From Alphaproteobacteria bacterium (GTDB lineage: Bacteria; Pseudomonadota; Alphaproteobacteria; CAAHEQ01; UBA3637), in contig SUUS01000001.1 of assembly GCA_015062395.1 (NCBI GenBank), forward strand, positions 65,429 to 129,428: DNA of 64,000 nucleotides, in the 5' to 3' direction. Below, one piece after another: positions 41,389 through 52,400 of this stretch. How positions within the stretch are numbered: position 1 is the stretch's first letter; each line of letters begins with the position of its first letter. A program made the position numbers and the translations under genes. The notes beneath the pieces are model-generated. The model worked only from the letters and a program-made list of their open reading frames with translations. It made no database searches and was not told the origin of the DNA.

Positions 41389-42213
41389 ATGAATTTAGTT
41401 GGCGCTCGTTTAGCTCCTGCAACAGGACGTTCTGCAGGTGACTTTACAGGTGAATTTGGTGGTTTATGGGCTAAAGGCTTATACAACCGTTCAAAACAAG
41501 ACGGTCAATTCCACAGATACACAAAGGGCGTCGCAATGGGTGCTGATGTTATCTTTGACGAAACATTCACGTTAGGGGTTGGTTATGCTTACAATACAAC
41601 AGACGTCAAAGCCGATGCAAGAAAGACTGACATTAAAGGTCATAACTTCTTTGCTTACGCAGAATATCAACCAAACAACTGGTTCATGAATGCTGCAGTA
41701 AGTTATAGCAAAGCCGATTATACAGAACATAAAGAATTAGTCGGAGAAGAAGCTAACTACAATGTTGAAACTTACGGAGCTCAAGCAATGACTGGATACG
41801 ATTTTGCAGTTGGTTTAACACCTCAAGTTGGATTAAGATACTTGCATGTAAGACAAGATTCTTATAATGATGGTCTAACTTCTGTAAAAACAGAAGATAC
41901 TGACTTATTAACGGCTGTTGCAGGCATCAATTTTGCGAAAGATATGAAAGCATCAATCTTTACATTTACGCCAGAACTTCGTTTGGCTGCAACTTATGAT
42001 GTTGTTTCAGATGGAACAGAAGCCAATGTTATATTAGGAAATGCATCTTATACTGTTAAAGGTCAACGCTTACCTCGTTTTGGTGTCGAAACAGGTGTCG
42101 GTGTTCAAATGAATGTTGCCGATCGTCTTAACGTTAACGTTGATTATGATTTAGGTGTTCGCAGAGATTATATGAGCCATACAGGTACTGTATCTTTGAA
42201 ATACAACTTCTAA
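41389..42213 (+). CDS. Autotransporter beta-barrel translocator fragment (frame open from 41029; no own RBS)
   Basis: Autotransporter beta-domain pattern with C-terminal aromatic (..LKYNF). Confidence 0.4.
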   Translation: MNLVGARLAPATGRSAGDFTGEFGGLWAKGLYNRSKQDGQFHRYTKGVAMGADVIFDETFTLGVGYAYNTTDVKADARKTDIKGHNFFAYAEYQPNNWFMNAAVSYSKADYTEHKELVGEEANYNVETYGAQAMTGYDFAVGLTPQVGLRYLHVRQDSYNDGLTSVKTEDTDLLTAVAGINFAKDMKASIFTFTPELRLAATYDVVSDGTEANVILGNASYTVKGQRLPRFGVETGVGVQMNVADRLNVNVDYDLGVRRDYMSHTGTVSLKYNF

Positions 42214-42414
42214 TCATTGTTATAAAAAAGAAAAGTCTATGGTTGTGAAATCTGGCTCGAAGGCCAAAATTTAATAGTTCGTGGAAAAATAGCCTTTTTA
42301 GGAAGAAATCAAAAATAGCTCGCAAATAAAGATTTTAAATCAGAAGAAAATATAGACTTGATACCAAAGAAACCAAAAATAAAATAAAAAAAATGAAAAA
42401 AATAAAAAAAGGTA

Positions 42415-42443
42415 TTGACAAGCATTTTTTTATTGTCTATAAT
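42415..42443 (+). promoter_or_regulatory. Perfect consensus sigma70 promoter for tRNA-Pro(TGG)
   Basis: TTGACA (42415-42420) - 17 nt - TATAAT (42438-42443), 10 nt upstream of tRNA 5' end. Confidence 0.75.
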
Positions 42444-42453
42444 GCCTTTTATT

Positions 42454-42530
42454 CGGAGCGTAGCTCAGTCTGGTAGAGTACTTGGTTTGGGACCAAGGTG
42501 CCGTAGGTTCAAATCCTATCGCTCCGACCA
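42454..42530 (+). tRNA. tRNA-Pro (anticodon TGG)
   Basis: 77 nt cloverleaf folded by hand: acceptor CGGAGCG/CGCTCCG, anticodon stem CTTGG/CCAAG loop TTTGGGA, T-arm GGTTCAAATCC, A73, CCA encoded. Confidence 0.9.
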
Positions 42531-42537
42531 ATATAAA

Positions 42538-42567
42538 AAAGCGGAAGTTTATACTTTCGCTTTTTTT
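42538..42567 (+). terminator. Rho-independent terminator after tRNA-Pro(TGG)
   Basis: gcggaagt-ttat-actttcgc hairpin then T7. Confidence 0.75.
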
Positions 42568-43058
42568 GTTGTCCAATTCCCCTGCAAAGCCCTAGGACAG
42601 CCAACTGCTGAAAAGTGATTTTATACCAAAATCGATGTGGTTGCCGAGATTTTTCCAAATTGATATATACTTTTGCCCGAATATATATACCTTGTGCAAT
42701 GTGATTTTTTCGCCAGAGCCACTTGACCGTAAGTTATTGTTTTTGAATAATTGATTATAATGGTATGACATTAACTTTCCGAATCTTGCCAAGCAGTGGT
42801 TGGTTTAGAAACCCAAAAACTGATACCACAATTTGCACACACCTCTAAAAGCCTTATTTTATAAGGAGTTTAAATTTTTTATAACTTATACACATGGTGT
42901 TTGGGGCATATAAAGAGATTTTCATTTTTTTTGAAAAAAATGACTATTTTCTTGCAATTTTAGGTAGAAGTCGTTAAAATGTGACGGATTATAATTTTAT
43001 GCTGATAAATGAGGTGTTTTCATGGCAGACGATATTCAAATTCAAAAAATGGACGGCA

Positions 43059-43178
43059 TCACCTTTTTTTCAAGCTTTTTGTGATTGCTTCAATACCCGC
43101 TTTTACAGCGCGGTCAGCATCGGCCTTGGTTAATCCTGCTGTTTTAGCAATAGCTTCAACTAATTCTGTTTTATTCAT
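43059..43178 (-). pseudogene. Remnant of HU/IHF-family DNA-binding protein gene (first ~39 codons intact, then frameshift/decay)
   Basis: Minus-strand translation MNKTELVEAIAKTAGLTKADADRAVKAGIEAITKSLKKR* with AAGGAAA RBS; matches HU N-terminus (MNKTELV..IA...L.K)...; stop within poly-A tract; downstream frames do not resemble HU. Confidence 0.45.
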
Positions 43179-43322
43179 TGTATTTTCCTTTCTTTATATA
43201 TAAAGTTAAATGAAGGCTCATGATACCTTCATTTAGTATTAGAGAGAATTTAGATGGGTATGTCAAGAGGAAAATTAATTATACCAATAATCTGCATTAA
43301 GAGTGGCCAGTAATCTTTTTTC

Positions 43323-43351
43323 TTGACAAAAAAACAAAAAAGTGATATAAT
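43323..43351 (+). promoter_or_regulatory. Perfect consensus sigma70 promoter for second proS
   Basis: TTGACA (43323-43328) - 17 nt - TATAAT (43346-43351); RBS agagagagg before ATG 43394. Confidence 0.7.
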
Positions 43352-43393
43352 ACGACATCGTGTTTTAAACATAAAAAGAGAGAGGCTATAAAA

Positions 43394-44908
43394 ATGACTT
43401 TAAAAAATACAAGAGCGAGCAACTATCCTGAGTGGTATCAGAATGTCATAACTGCAGCTGATATGGCAGAAGTATCTTCTTCGCCAGGATGCATGGTTAT
43501 TAAGCCTTGGGGGTATGGGATATGGGAACGTATTCAACGGGTTCTAGATGATAAGATCAAAGAAACAGGTCATGAGAATTGTTACTTTCCTCTATTTATT
43601 CCTTTAAGCTATTTTCAAAAAGAAGCAGAGCATGTTGAAGGTTTTGCTAAAGAAATGGCAATTGTTACTCATAGTCGCTTAACTATGCAAGATGGCAAAT
43701 TGACACCTGATGGAAAATTGGAAGAACCTCTTATTGTTCGTCCTACCTCTGAAACAATTATTGCGGATTCGTTCTCAAAATGGGTCAAATCATACAGAGA
43801 TTTGCCAATTATGATAAATCAATGGGCAAATGTTGTCCGTTGGGAGATGAGACCAAGAATCTTTTTACGAACAAGAGAGTTTTTATGGCAAGAAGGTCAC
43901 ACTGCACATGCTAGTTATGAGGAAGCGGAACAAGAAGCAAAAACCATGTTGAATGTGTATTCTGATGTGGCACGAGATGCTTTGGCTATGCCTGTTATAA
44001 AAGGACGCAAGCCCGAGCATGAAAAATTCCCAGGCGCTGTTGATACATATTGTATAGAAGCAATGATGCAGGATGGTAGAGCTTTACAAGCTGGTACCTC
44101 GCACTTTTTAGGCCAAAATTTTGCCAAATCAGCTGATATTAAGTTTCTAGGTAAGGATGGGAAACAACAATATGCATACACAACCTCTTGGGGTGTAACG
44201 ACACGTCTAATTGGTAGCTTAATTATGACGCACGCTGATGATGAAGGAATGGTCGTTCCTCCAAAGATTGCACCACATCAAATTGTTATCGTCCCTATCA
44301 TCAAAGATAAAGCTCAAAGAGAGGAAGTAATGTCCTACGTGATGCGCTTGTATTCTGCTTTATCTAAACAGAGCTATGATGGCGAAAAAATTCGTGTAAA
44401 AGTTGATACAAGAGACAAGGAATCTGTAGACAAAATGTGGGAGTGGACACGAAAAGGTGCCCCCATTGTATGTGAGGTTGGACCTCGTGACGTAAAAAAC
44501 AATGGTTTAATGGTCAGAACAAGAAATAAGATCAACACCCCAGAATGGAAACAAGTTGTTCAGTTTGATGATTTTGTTTCATCAGCTTCTAAGAGGTTGG
44601 AAGATTTCCATATGGATTTATATAACGCTGCGAATACTCGTTTACAACAAAATCAAAGAACAGATATTACAACGGCAGAGGAAATGCAAGCATATTTTGC
44701 GCAACAAAACTCTTGGGTAAACGGTCAAGGGCAAAAGGTAGCTTTTGTCCGTGGCAAATGGTCTGAAGATCCAGAAAGCGTTGATAAAATGAAGGAAATG
44801 AAAATTTCAATTCGCTGTATTCCTGAGGATCAATCTCAGAAGGAAGGAAATTGCCTTTTGACTAATAAAAAAGCGAAACTTGATGTTATTTATGCAAGAT
44901 CTTATTAG
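43394..44908 (+). CDS. proS: Proline--tRNA ligase, archaeal/eukaryote-like type (504 aa, C-terminal Tyr)
   Basis: Class II ProRS motifs (IVRPTSETII, FLRTREFLWQEGHTAH), no INS insertion, C-terminal domain ending ...IYARSY typical of archaeal-type ProRS. Confidence 0.9.
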   Translation: MTLKNTRASNYPEWYQNVITAADMAEVSSSPGCMVIKPWGYGIWERIQRVLDDKIKETGHENCYFPLFIPLSYFQKEAEHVEGFAKEMAIVTHSRLTMQDGKLTPDGKLEEPLIVRPTSETIIADSFSKWVKSYRDLPIMINQWANVVRWEMRPRIFLRTREFLWQEGHTAHASYEEAEQEAKTMLNVYSDVARDALAMPVIKGRKPEHEKFPGAVDTYCIEAMMQDGRALQAGTSHFLGQNFAKSADIKFLGKDGKQQYAYTTSWGVTTRLIGSLIMTHADDEGMVVPPKIAPHQIVIVPIIKDKAQREEVMSYVMRLYSALSKQSYDGEKIRVKVDTRDKESVDKMWEWTRKGAPIVCEVGPRDVKNNGLMVRTRNKINTPEWKQVVQFDDFVSSASKRLEDFHMDLYNAANTRLQQNQRTDITTAEEMQAYFAQQNSWVNGQGQKVAFVRGKWSEDPESVDKMKEMKISIRCIPEDQSQKEGNCLLTNKKAKLDVIYARSY

Positions 44909-44913
44909 AAAAA

Positions 44914-45573
44914 ATGAGCAAAATTTTTCTTTATCATGTAGATAAATCAAAAATTGATGAGTCTCAGCTTTCTGTTCTGGAGTCTATTTTGTCAGCAACA
45001 GAAAACAAAAGATTTAAAAAGATAAAAATGATAGATGCGAGAAAGAATTTTATTCTTTCTCGTTTTCTGATTAATAAGGCATTAATGAATTTCAATTGTG
45101 CGCAAAGATTTCATATTGGTAGAACTATATATGGGAAACCATATTTATCTCCAAATCCTAAAAATTTAAAAATATCAATAAGTCATACGAGAGATATTAT
45201 TTGCCTTTTAATTGCAAAAAATATAGAGTTTATAGGTGTTGATATAGAGGAAAAAAACAGAAAAATAAATAAAAAAGGTATTATAAATTTTCTGTACTCT
45301 CCTGATGAAAAATTGTATCTTAAAACAAAAGATTTGTATAAAAATTTTTTTAAATATTGGACCTTTAAGGAGGCATTTACGAAAGCTCTTGGAAAAGGAC
45401 TTTTAATTCCATTTAATCAAATATCCTTTTCCAAAAAATACCAAAAGTATTATGTTACCTCTGTGCCTATTGATATAAACTCTAATACAACAGGGTTCAT
45501 AGTATGTTTAGATAAAAATGAAAGATCAGCCGATATTAACATAAATAATGTTATTATAGGAGGGATAAAATGA
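44914..45573 (+). CDS. 4'-phosphopantetheinyl transferase, Sfp/EntD type
   Basis: 219 aa; motifs ISISHTRDIICLL and FIGVDIEE (metal-binding GxD..E), FKEAFTKALGKG (W/FxxKEA-K motif). Confidence 0.75.
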   Translation: MSKIFLYHVDKSKIDESQLSVLESILSATENKRFKKIKMIDARKNFILSRFLINKALMNFNCAQRFHIGRTIYGKPYLSPNPKNLKISISHTRDIICLLIAKNIEFIGVDIEEKNRKINKKGIINFLYSPDEKLYLKTKDLYKNFFKYWTFKEAFTKALGKGLLIPFNQISFSKKYQKYYVTSVPIDINSNTTGFIVCLDKNERSADININNVIIGGIK

Positions 45574-46409
45574 AAAGAATTTGTATTGCGACAGATGAAG
45601 ATAATATCAATGATCCTGAGAATTTACTAATTAGTAAAATTCTTAATGACATGGGAGCTAAAGCAGAATTGACTATTTGGGATAAACAAGAAAGTCTTTT
45701 CAAAGATTGCGACTATGTTTTAATTCGTTCTTGTTGGAATTATCACAAATACCCAGATAAATTTATTCAATGGATAAATTCTCTCAATATTCCAACAATC
45801 AACGCTAAGAGTTTAATCCAATGGAATATTCATAAAAAATATCTTCTTGAGTTAGAAAAACACAATATTGAAATTCCAAAAACATATGTTATTCAAAAAG
45901 AAAATGTAAAAGATTTTAATTTTAATATATTTGATGAATTTGTAATAAAACCAGCAATATCAGCAAGTGGCTATTTGACATATAAATATAATAAAAATGA
46001 TAGTGAAAAGGTAAATTCTTTACTTCCATTGTATTCTTCAGATGTTTTAATACAAGAATTCATTCCGGAAGTAATACAAGAAGGTGAAATATCCTTTGTA
46101 TTTTTCAACAATAGCTTTTCACATGCTGTAAAAAAAATACCTTCACTATCTGATTTCAGAAGTCAAGCAAGATATGGAGGAACTGTTAAAAATTTTATTC
46201 CAAATCAAGCTTTAAAAAATAAGGCAGTAGAAATAGTACAAAAAATCATGGATATCACTAACGAATGCCCTTTCTATATGAGATTAGATGCGGTTTTGAG
46301 AAAAAATAATTTAGTTATAATGGAAATTGAGGCAATTGAACCCAGGCTTTTTTTATCGAATTCAAATTGTGATATCTTTAAAAAAGCTTGGCAATCTATT
46401 CTTCCTTAA
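45570..46409 (+). CDS. ATP-grasp family ligase (RimK/glutathione-synthetase-like)
   Basis: ATP-grasp pattern FVIKPAISASGY...LIQEFIPEV...GEISFVFF; ATGA-coupled to PPTase. Confidence 0.6.
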   Translation: MKRICIATDEDNINDPENLLISKILNDMGAKAELTIWDKQESLFKDCDYVLIRSCWNYHKYPDKFIQWINSLNIPTINAKSLIQWNIHKKYLLELEKHNIEIPKTYVIQKENVKDFNFNIFDEFVIKPAISASGYLTYKYNKNDSEKVNSLLPLYSSDVLIQEFIPEVIQEGEISFVFFNNSFSHAVKKIPSLSDFRSQARYGGTVKNFIPNQALKNKAVEIVQKIMDITNECPFYMRLDAVLRKNNLVIMEIEAIEPRLFLSNSNCDIFKKAWQSILP

Positions 46410-49400
46410 CTGTATCTTCTAAAAGGGATATATACAAAGAAGCCCAGTCTTTAATGGTATTTATATCAAAACGATGAACATGATACCAAAAATTAAAACG
46501 AAGATTGCTTTTCTGCATGTCGACTATCAGAAATAATCCCGCTAATTCTCTTAAGGTTGAATAGTTTAATGTATTCAACAATGGTTCTGAAATGGTTCCA
46601 AGTGTTTCTAAAACTTCTACTTTAGGCCAGACATTGTCTTTTTCTTTGTGATAATTATTCAGCATGATATAGGCATCTGTGAAATAACTTGATCGAGAGA
46701 AATTCAAAAACTTTTCGACATACTTAGGTAAAAGATTCACTGGGTAGTAAGACCTTTCATTCACAAGAGATACAATACTATTAATTTGGGTTATTTGTGT
46801 CATATTAGAAAGAGTTTCATCTAAAGAAATCGGAAGTGGGAATTGTTTAACGAATGGGCCTATTGTTTCTTTAAAATTATCCTCTGTTCGTCCATTGAAA
46901 ACAGTTCCTATTAATAAATTATGTTGTCTTGTTAATTTTACCAATAACTTCGAATAAACAAACAACAATACTGAAAAAACGGATACATGCGCTTTATGAG
47001 CAAATTTATTTAAGGATTCATATACTTTTTCTGAAGAAAAAATGGTATAGCAACTTGACGGATAACACTGTTCAAAAAATTCATCTCCGGTTTTATTTGG
47101 CAAAATTACAGGACGTGCAATACCAGCATATAACCCACCAAAGAAGGCTTCATTTTCCTTTTCTGTCTCCAGTAAAAATTTATGTTGCCAATCTACATAT
47201 TGATCATAGAGAACTGGATTTGGGAGTCTCAAATGTGATTTTTGAAGAAAAGAGGCATAAAATTTTCTTAATTCTTCAACAAATACCGTCACAGATGTTC
47301 CATCGAATGGCAAATGATGCGTAAAAAGAAGACATATAAACTGATTATTATTTAACTTTAAAATTTTTAAAATCCAAGGTGGGGTTTTTGTAATATCAGG
47401 AAAAGAAGATGTTAACGTACATGCTAAATTTTTTATATATTCAGCAACATTTTCTACACCCTTCATATTCACAAAAATACTTTCACTAGAAATGAAATCT
47501 TTTATATTACAAGTTTCATAATGATTATCAACATAACAATGTGTCAAAATTGGATGTCTTGAAATAACCTCTTTTAAGGCGTTCAAAAATGAATTCTTTT
47601 TTAGTTCGCAATGGAAAAGTATTGGTATCAATAAATATCCATATTTAATTCTTTCTAATGCCACCCACCTTTGTTCTTCATATGATAACTTGTTTTCACT
47701 ATTGTTCTTATCCAAGACAATCTCTGTTTTTTCACATAGTTTTTTATCCAATGATTTACTGGAACAATTTTTGATACAAAAGGCTGTTAAATTTCTTAAA
47801 GTTCTTTCTTTAAATACAACACTAACAGGGAATGAAATATTTAACAAATGTCTAATAGCGTTACGTAATTCTATTGCGCTTAAAGAATCAAGTCCCAAAT
47901 CAAAAAGATCATCATCTTTTTCAATATGGCAATTATGTGTATATTTGTCTAAAACTCGAGCAACTTCGGATGAGACAATACTAGGAATGTCTTGAATGCT
48001 GTATTGAGTTAATGTATCCGTGTTCTTTTCCTCAACAGGCAAATAATCTTTTGCTAACAATCTAAAGAACGGGCTATTTTCGAGTTTATATTTTCTTAAA
48101 AAGATATTCCAATTCATAGGTAATAAAATTACCTGTTCTTGTAAACTAAGTATTGATGACATTATCTCATCGAAATCGTTTTTTTTAAGATAAGAATATC
48201 CCTTTTCTTCTAATTTCTGCTGTAGATTCTTGTTTATATCAATAGTTCCTAAGTCCCCCCATGCTCCCCAATTAATACTTAATGCTGGTAATCCCAAAGA
48301 TATCCTATATTTACACACAGAATCCAAGAATGCGTTTGCTGTTGTATAATTAGATTGTCCAGGATTTCCTATTACGGATACAGCGGAAGAAAAGACTACA
48401 AAAAAATCTAACTGTGTATTTAAAGAGAGTTTATGTAAATTCCATACTCCAAGAACCTTTGCCTTTGCAATTTTCTTAAAGTCCTCCATAGTCGTATTTG
48501 TAAAGGATTTATCCTCAATACAACCAGCCGCATGCACAATTCCACCGATATTTTTTATATCAAGTTTTGAAGACAATGCAAAAAACTTGCTCTCATCGGA
48601 AATATCCATACTTATATATTCTAGGTCTAATGTGTCATCAAGCAGCTTTAAAGTTCTTATTTGTTCTATCACCTCATTCTTTTCCCGACGGCCAACTATC
48701 ACAATTCGTTTTGCACCATTTTTAATGAGCCACTTACTGGTTAAAAGTCCTAATGCACCTACCCCCCCTGTCACTAAATATTGTTTTTTAGGAACTATAG
48801 TGAGTTTCCGTTCTGATGATAAAGAAATGGGGGCTAAAGTTGCTTCAAAGACACTTTTCCCGCCTGGATCAATTTGAAAAAAACTAAACGACTTTTGCTG
48901 ACGTATACACGAAGCAATCTTTGAAATAGAATTTTCTGTCAATGCCTTTGCAAAAAAACAAGAGCATTTGATTTCTGAATTTTCAAGACAAATTGTTTTT
49001 AAAAGAGAAACTAGAGATTCATTTAAAAAGTCATTACCAACAAAAATAAACGAAATATTTTCTATTTTCCCCATTAAAAAGGCTTCTTTTAAGGAATAAA
49101 AAACGTTTTTGATCTTATTTAAATAAAGCCTTAAGATATCAGATGAGGTGTAATTCTGCACATCATCGGAAATACTGTCTATAACATATACAATACGTTC
49201 TATTTTCTTCTTAAAAGAATCAAGTTTTTCTTTTAAGAAGAATGAGTTATTTGAAATATCTGTACTTACAAGGAGATTCTTTTCTGATGAGAAGTGTGCT
49301 ATTTGACTTTTATCTCCTATAATTAACGAATTCTCTATATAAGATTTAGAAAAATTAGAAAGCGAAACTGATTCCCATTGAATTTTGTATAAATCGTTTC

Positions 49401-52400
49401 TCCAACTTGCCTTTTGTAATAAATCAACCGGCTCAAGATAATATTTTTTTAAATCAAAAGGATAAGTTGGTAGTTCAATTAATAAACAATTATCTTTCGG
49501 TAGGATATGGTCAAAATTAACGGATATTCCTTTCGAAAATAATTTTCCAAATGCTGAAAGTAATTGTTCTGTATCATCAGTAGTTTTTCTCATCATAGGT
49601 ATATATGTTGCGTTCTGCTCATCATAACATTCTGCAACCATATTAAGAAGCACAGAATTTGGACCTATTTCCAAGAAAATATCAACATCCTTATTTTTTA
49701 AATTATGGATCATATTTTCAAAATTGACAGGTTGAATCATGTGGTTACACCAATAGTCTGAAGATATTTCTCCTGTTTGAATAAAATCCCCCGTTACATT
49801 TGAAAGTAATTTTATAAAAGGATCCTTAAATGAAAATTTGGAAAGATATTTTTTATATACCGCCACAAGGGGATTAGCAACACTTGAATGGCCAAAACTG
49901 CTGTTATCTAATTTTTGTGCTTCAATCTTCTGATCATGTAAAGCTTTAAAAAGTGATAGTATTCTCTCTGTTGGACCAGATACAACCACTAAATTAGGTG
50001 TATTGATAGATGCTATAGATATCTCATTATAGTTTTCCAACAGTTTTTCGACAGTATTTTTATTAGCTCTGATTGCTAACATTTTTGCATGAATTTTTAA
50101 TGAAGTTAACAAAACAGCTCTATGATAAACTATTTGAAGTAATTCATTTAATTTTAGTATACCAGCACAGTAAGCTGCAACGTATTCTCCCAAACTATGT
50201 CCTAATACAAATTTAGGCAAAATTGCCATTTGTTTTAAAATTTCTAGAATAGATACTTCTATGGCTACAATTGCCAGTTGATTTAAAATAACATCTTGTT
50301 CTGAATATTTTTCCTGTTTCCATATTATATCGATTAGATCAAAATCCGTAAATTTCTTTATAATTTTATTACATTCCTGAATCTTTTTCTTAAAAATAGC
50401 ATTTTTCTCATACAGCCTCTTTCCCATCCCAAAATATTGAGATGTATAACCAGAAAAAATAAAGGCAAGCTGTTGTTTTTGTGAGACCTTAAAATCATCT
50501 TTTGTAACAGATGGGAGTTTTAATCGTTTTTCAGTATTTGACAGTTCGTATATCAAACGATCCATTGTATTCGCAACAAAAGAGACCCTATAATCAAAAT
50601 GATATTTCCTCTTTAAAAGTGAATAAGAGATATCCTGTAGACGTAAATCACGATGATTTTCGAAGAAAATTCTATGATTGTGTATTATTTTAACTAAATC
50701 CTCGAATTTCTTTCCAGAAAAAACAAACAAATAAAAATTATTCTTTTGTTTTGTTTGGTTGTTTTTTTTGTGTGAATAACTTTCTAAAATGACATTAGCG
50801 TTAGTACCACCAAGACCAAAGGAATTCACTAAGCAATAATGTTTCTTTGATTTCCAAGGGATCGTTTTATTATTTACATAAAAGGGAGAATCATCCAACT
50901 CCAATAAGGGGTTATTTTTTTTAAAATGAAGTGTAGCAGGTATTTGTTTATGCTGAATACATAAAATTGCTTTTATTATCCCTGCCATGCCAGAAGCCCA
51001 ACCGAGATGACCTATATTAGTTTTTACGCTCCCAATAACGCAATCCCTTTTCCTATTATTACCGAAAACATTTTTTAATGCTTGGATTTCAACTGCATCT
51101 CCAACGACAGTTCCAGTTCCATGTGTTTCAATAAAAGAAATTTTATCTGGCAGTATGTTTGCATCTTTTAAAGCTTGCTGTAATGATCGTGTTTGTCCAT
51201 CAATTGTTGGTGCTAGAAAATTAGATTTCCCATTATTTCCATCATTACTAACACCACTTCCTGAAATAATGGCTAAAATATTATCTTTATCTTTTATGGC
51301 TTTTGATAGTGGTTTTAATAAAACTACTCCTAATCCTTGGGCCATCATCATACCTTCTGATCTTTCATCGAAAGTACGTGTATGGCCATCTGGTGACCAA
51401 GGCATGTCTTTTTGGAAAGTATATTTATGTTTTGATGGGGACATAATGTTTACAGCACCAACTAGTGCCATTTCACATTCTCCATTCAAAAGAGCTTGTT
51501 TTGCCAAGTGAATTGCAACCAACGATGAAGAACATGCAGATTGTACATTAATACTTGGTCCTTCTAACCCCAATTTAAAGGAAACTTTTGTTGGTAAGTA
51601 ATCCTTATCCCCGCCCATCATAACTTGCAAATCCGAAAAACGTTCGAAGAAATACCTATTAGAACGATAATCTAAGTTTGGGTTAAGGTTATTAACAAGA
51701 TAGCTACTAAATCCTTGGGAAGCAAAGACTCCTATCTTTTTAGTCGTATTATTGTTAAGATATCCTGTTTTTTCTAGTAGTTCCCAAGATAATTCCAAAA
51801 ACTTTCGTTGTTGTGGATCCATCATTTCTGCTTCAGTCTTTGAATATCCAAAGAATTCAGCATCAAACAAATTTGCATCATCAATTGTAGATGAACAAAA
51901 TACATCATGCTCAAAGGGATCCAGCATTGACAAATCCTGTGATGGGCCAAAAGATTCGATACTTTCTTTACCAGTTGAAAGAAAATTCCAAAATTCGTCA
52001 GGAGTATGGCACTTAGGAAAATTGCATGCCATTCCTATTACAGCGATTTTTTCTTTTACAGGTTTTCCAAAATCTTGAATAACTGCTTCTTTCCCCTGTA
52101 TTATATTTCCTTTTAAGAGATCAGATACAGCATTAAATGTACTATTTTTTAGTAGCATAGCAACTGGTATTTTTTGCTTGAATGTTTCGAAAATTTTCGT
52201 GTATAGCTGAAGCAAGAGTAATGAGGTTCCACCTAGCTCAAAGAATGTCTTATTTTTGTCAAAGTCGGTTATGTGCAAAAGATCTCGCCAGATTTCTTCC
52301 AACTTAGTCAATTCTGAATGGGTTGTTGTTTCTTTTTTTTCTATATACGTTTGAATTAATACTTTTCTATCCAGTTTCCCTGACGGGGTTCTCGGTAATT

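Larger units (their letters stand above)
39809..42213 (+). pseudogene. Autotransporter (type Va) gene disrupted by an in-frame TAA in the signal-peptide region and a frameshift between passenger and translocator
   Basis: AAGGAG RBS + ATG 39809; in-frame stop 39848-39850; passenger beta-helix-like repeats 39863..41041; frame switches (+2 to +1) near 41029-41043; beta-barrel translocator ending ...SLKYNF at 42213. Confidence 0.5.

Noticed and set aside
42571-43019. Possible integrase or IS remnant next to tRNA-Pro(TGG)
   Set aside because: No frame longer than 66 codons and no recognisable recombinase motif were found. The only listed ORF (42592..42792) is low-complexity and lacks an RBS.
43009-43203. 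64-aa plus-strand ORF
   Set aside because: It is antisense to the better-supported HU-gene remnant, which has an RBS and a family match.
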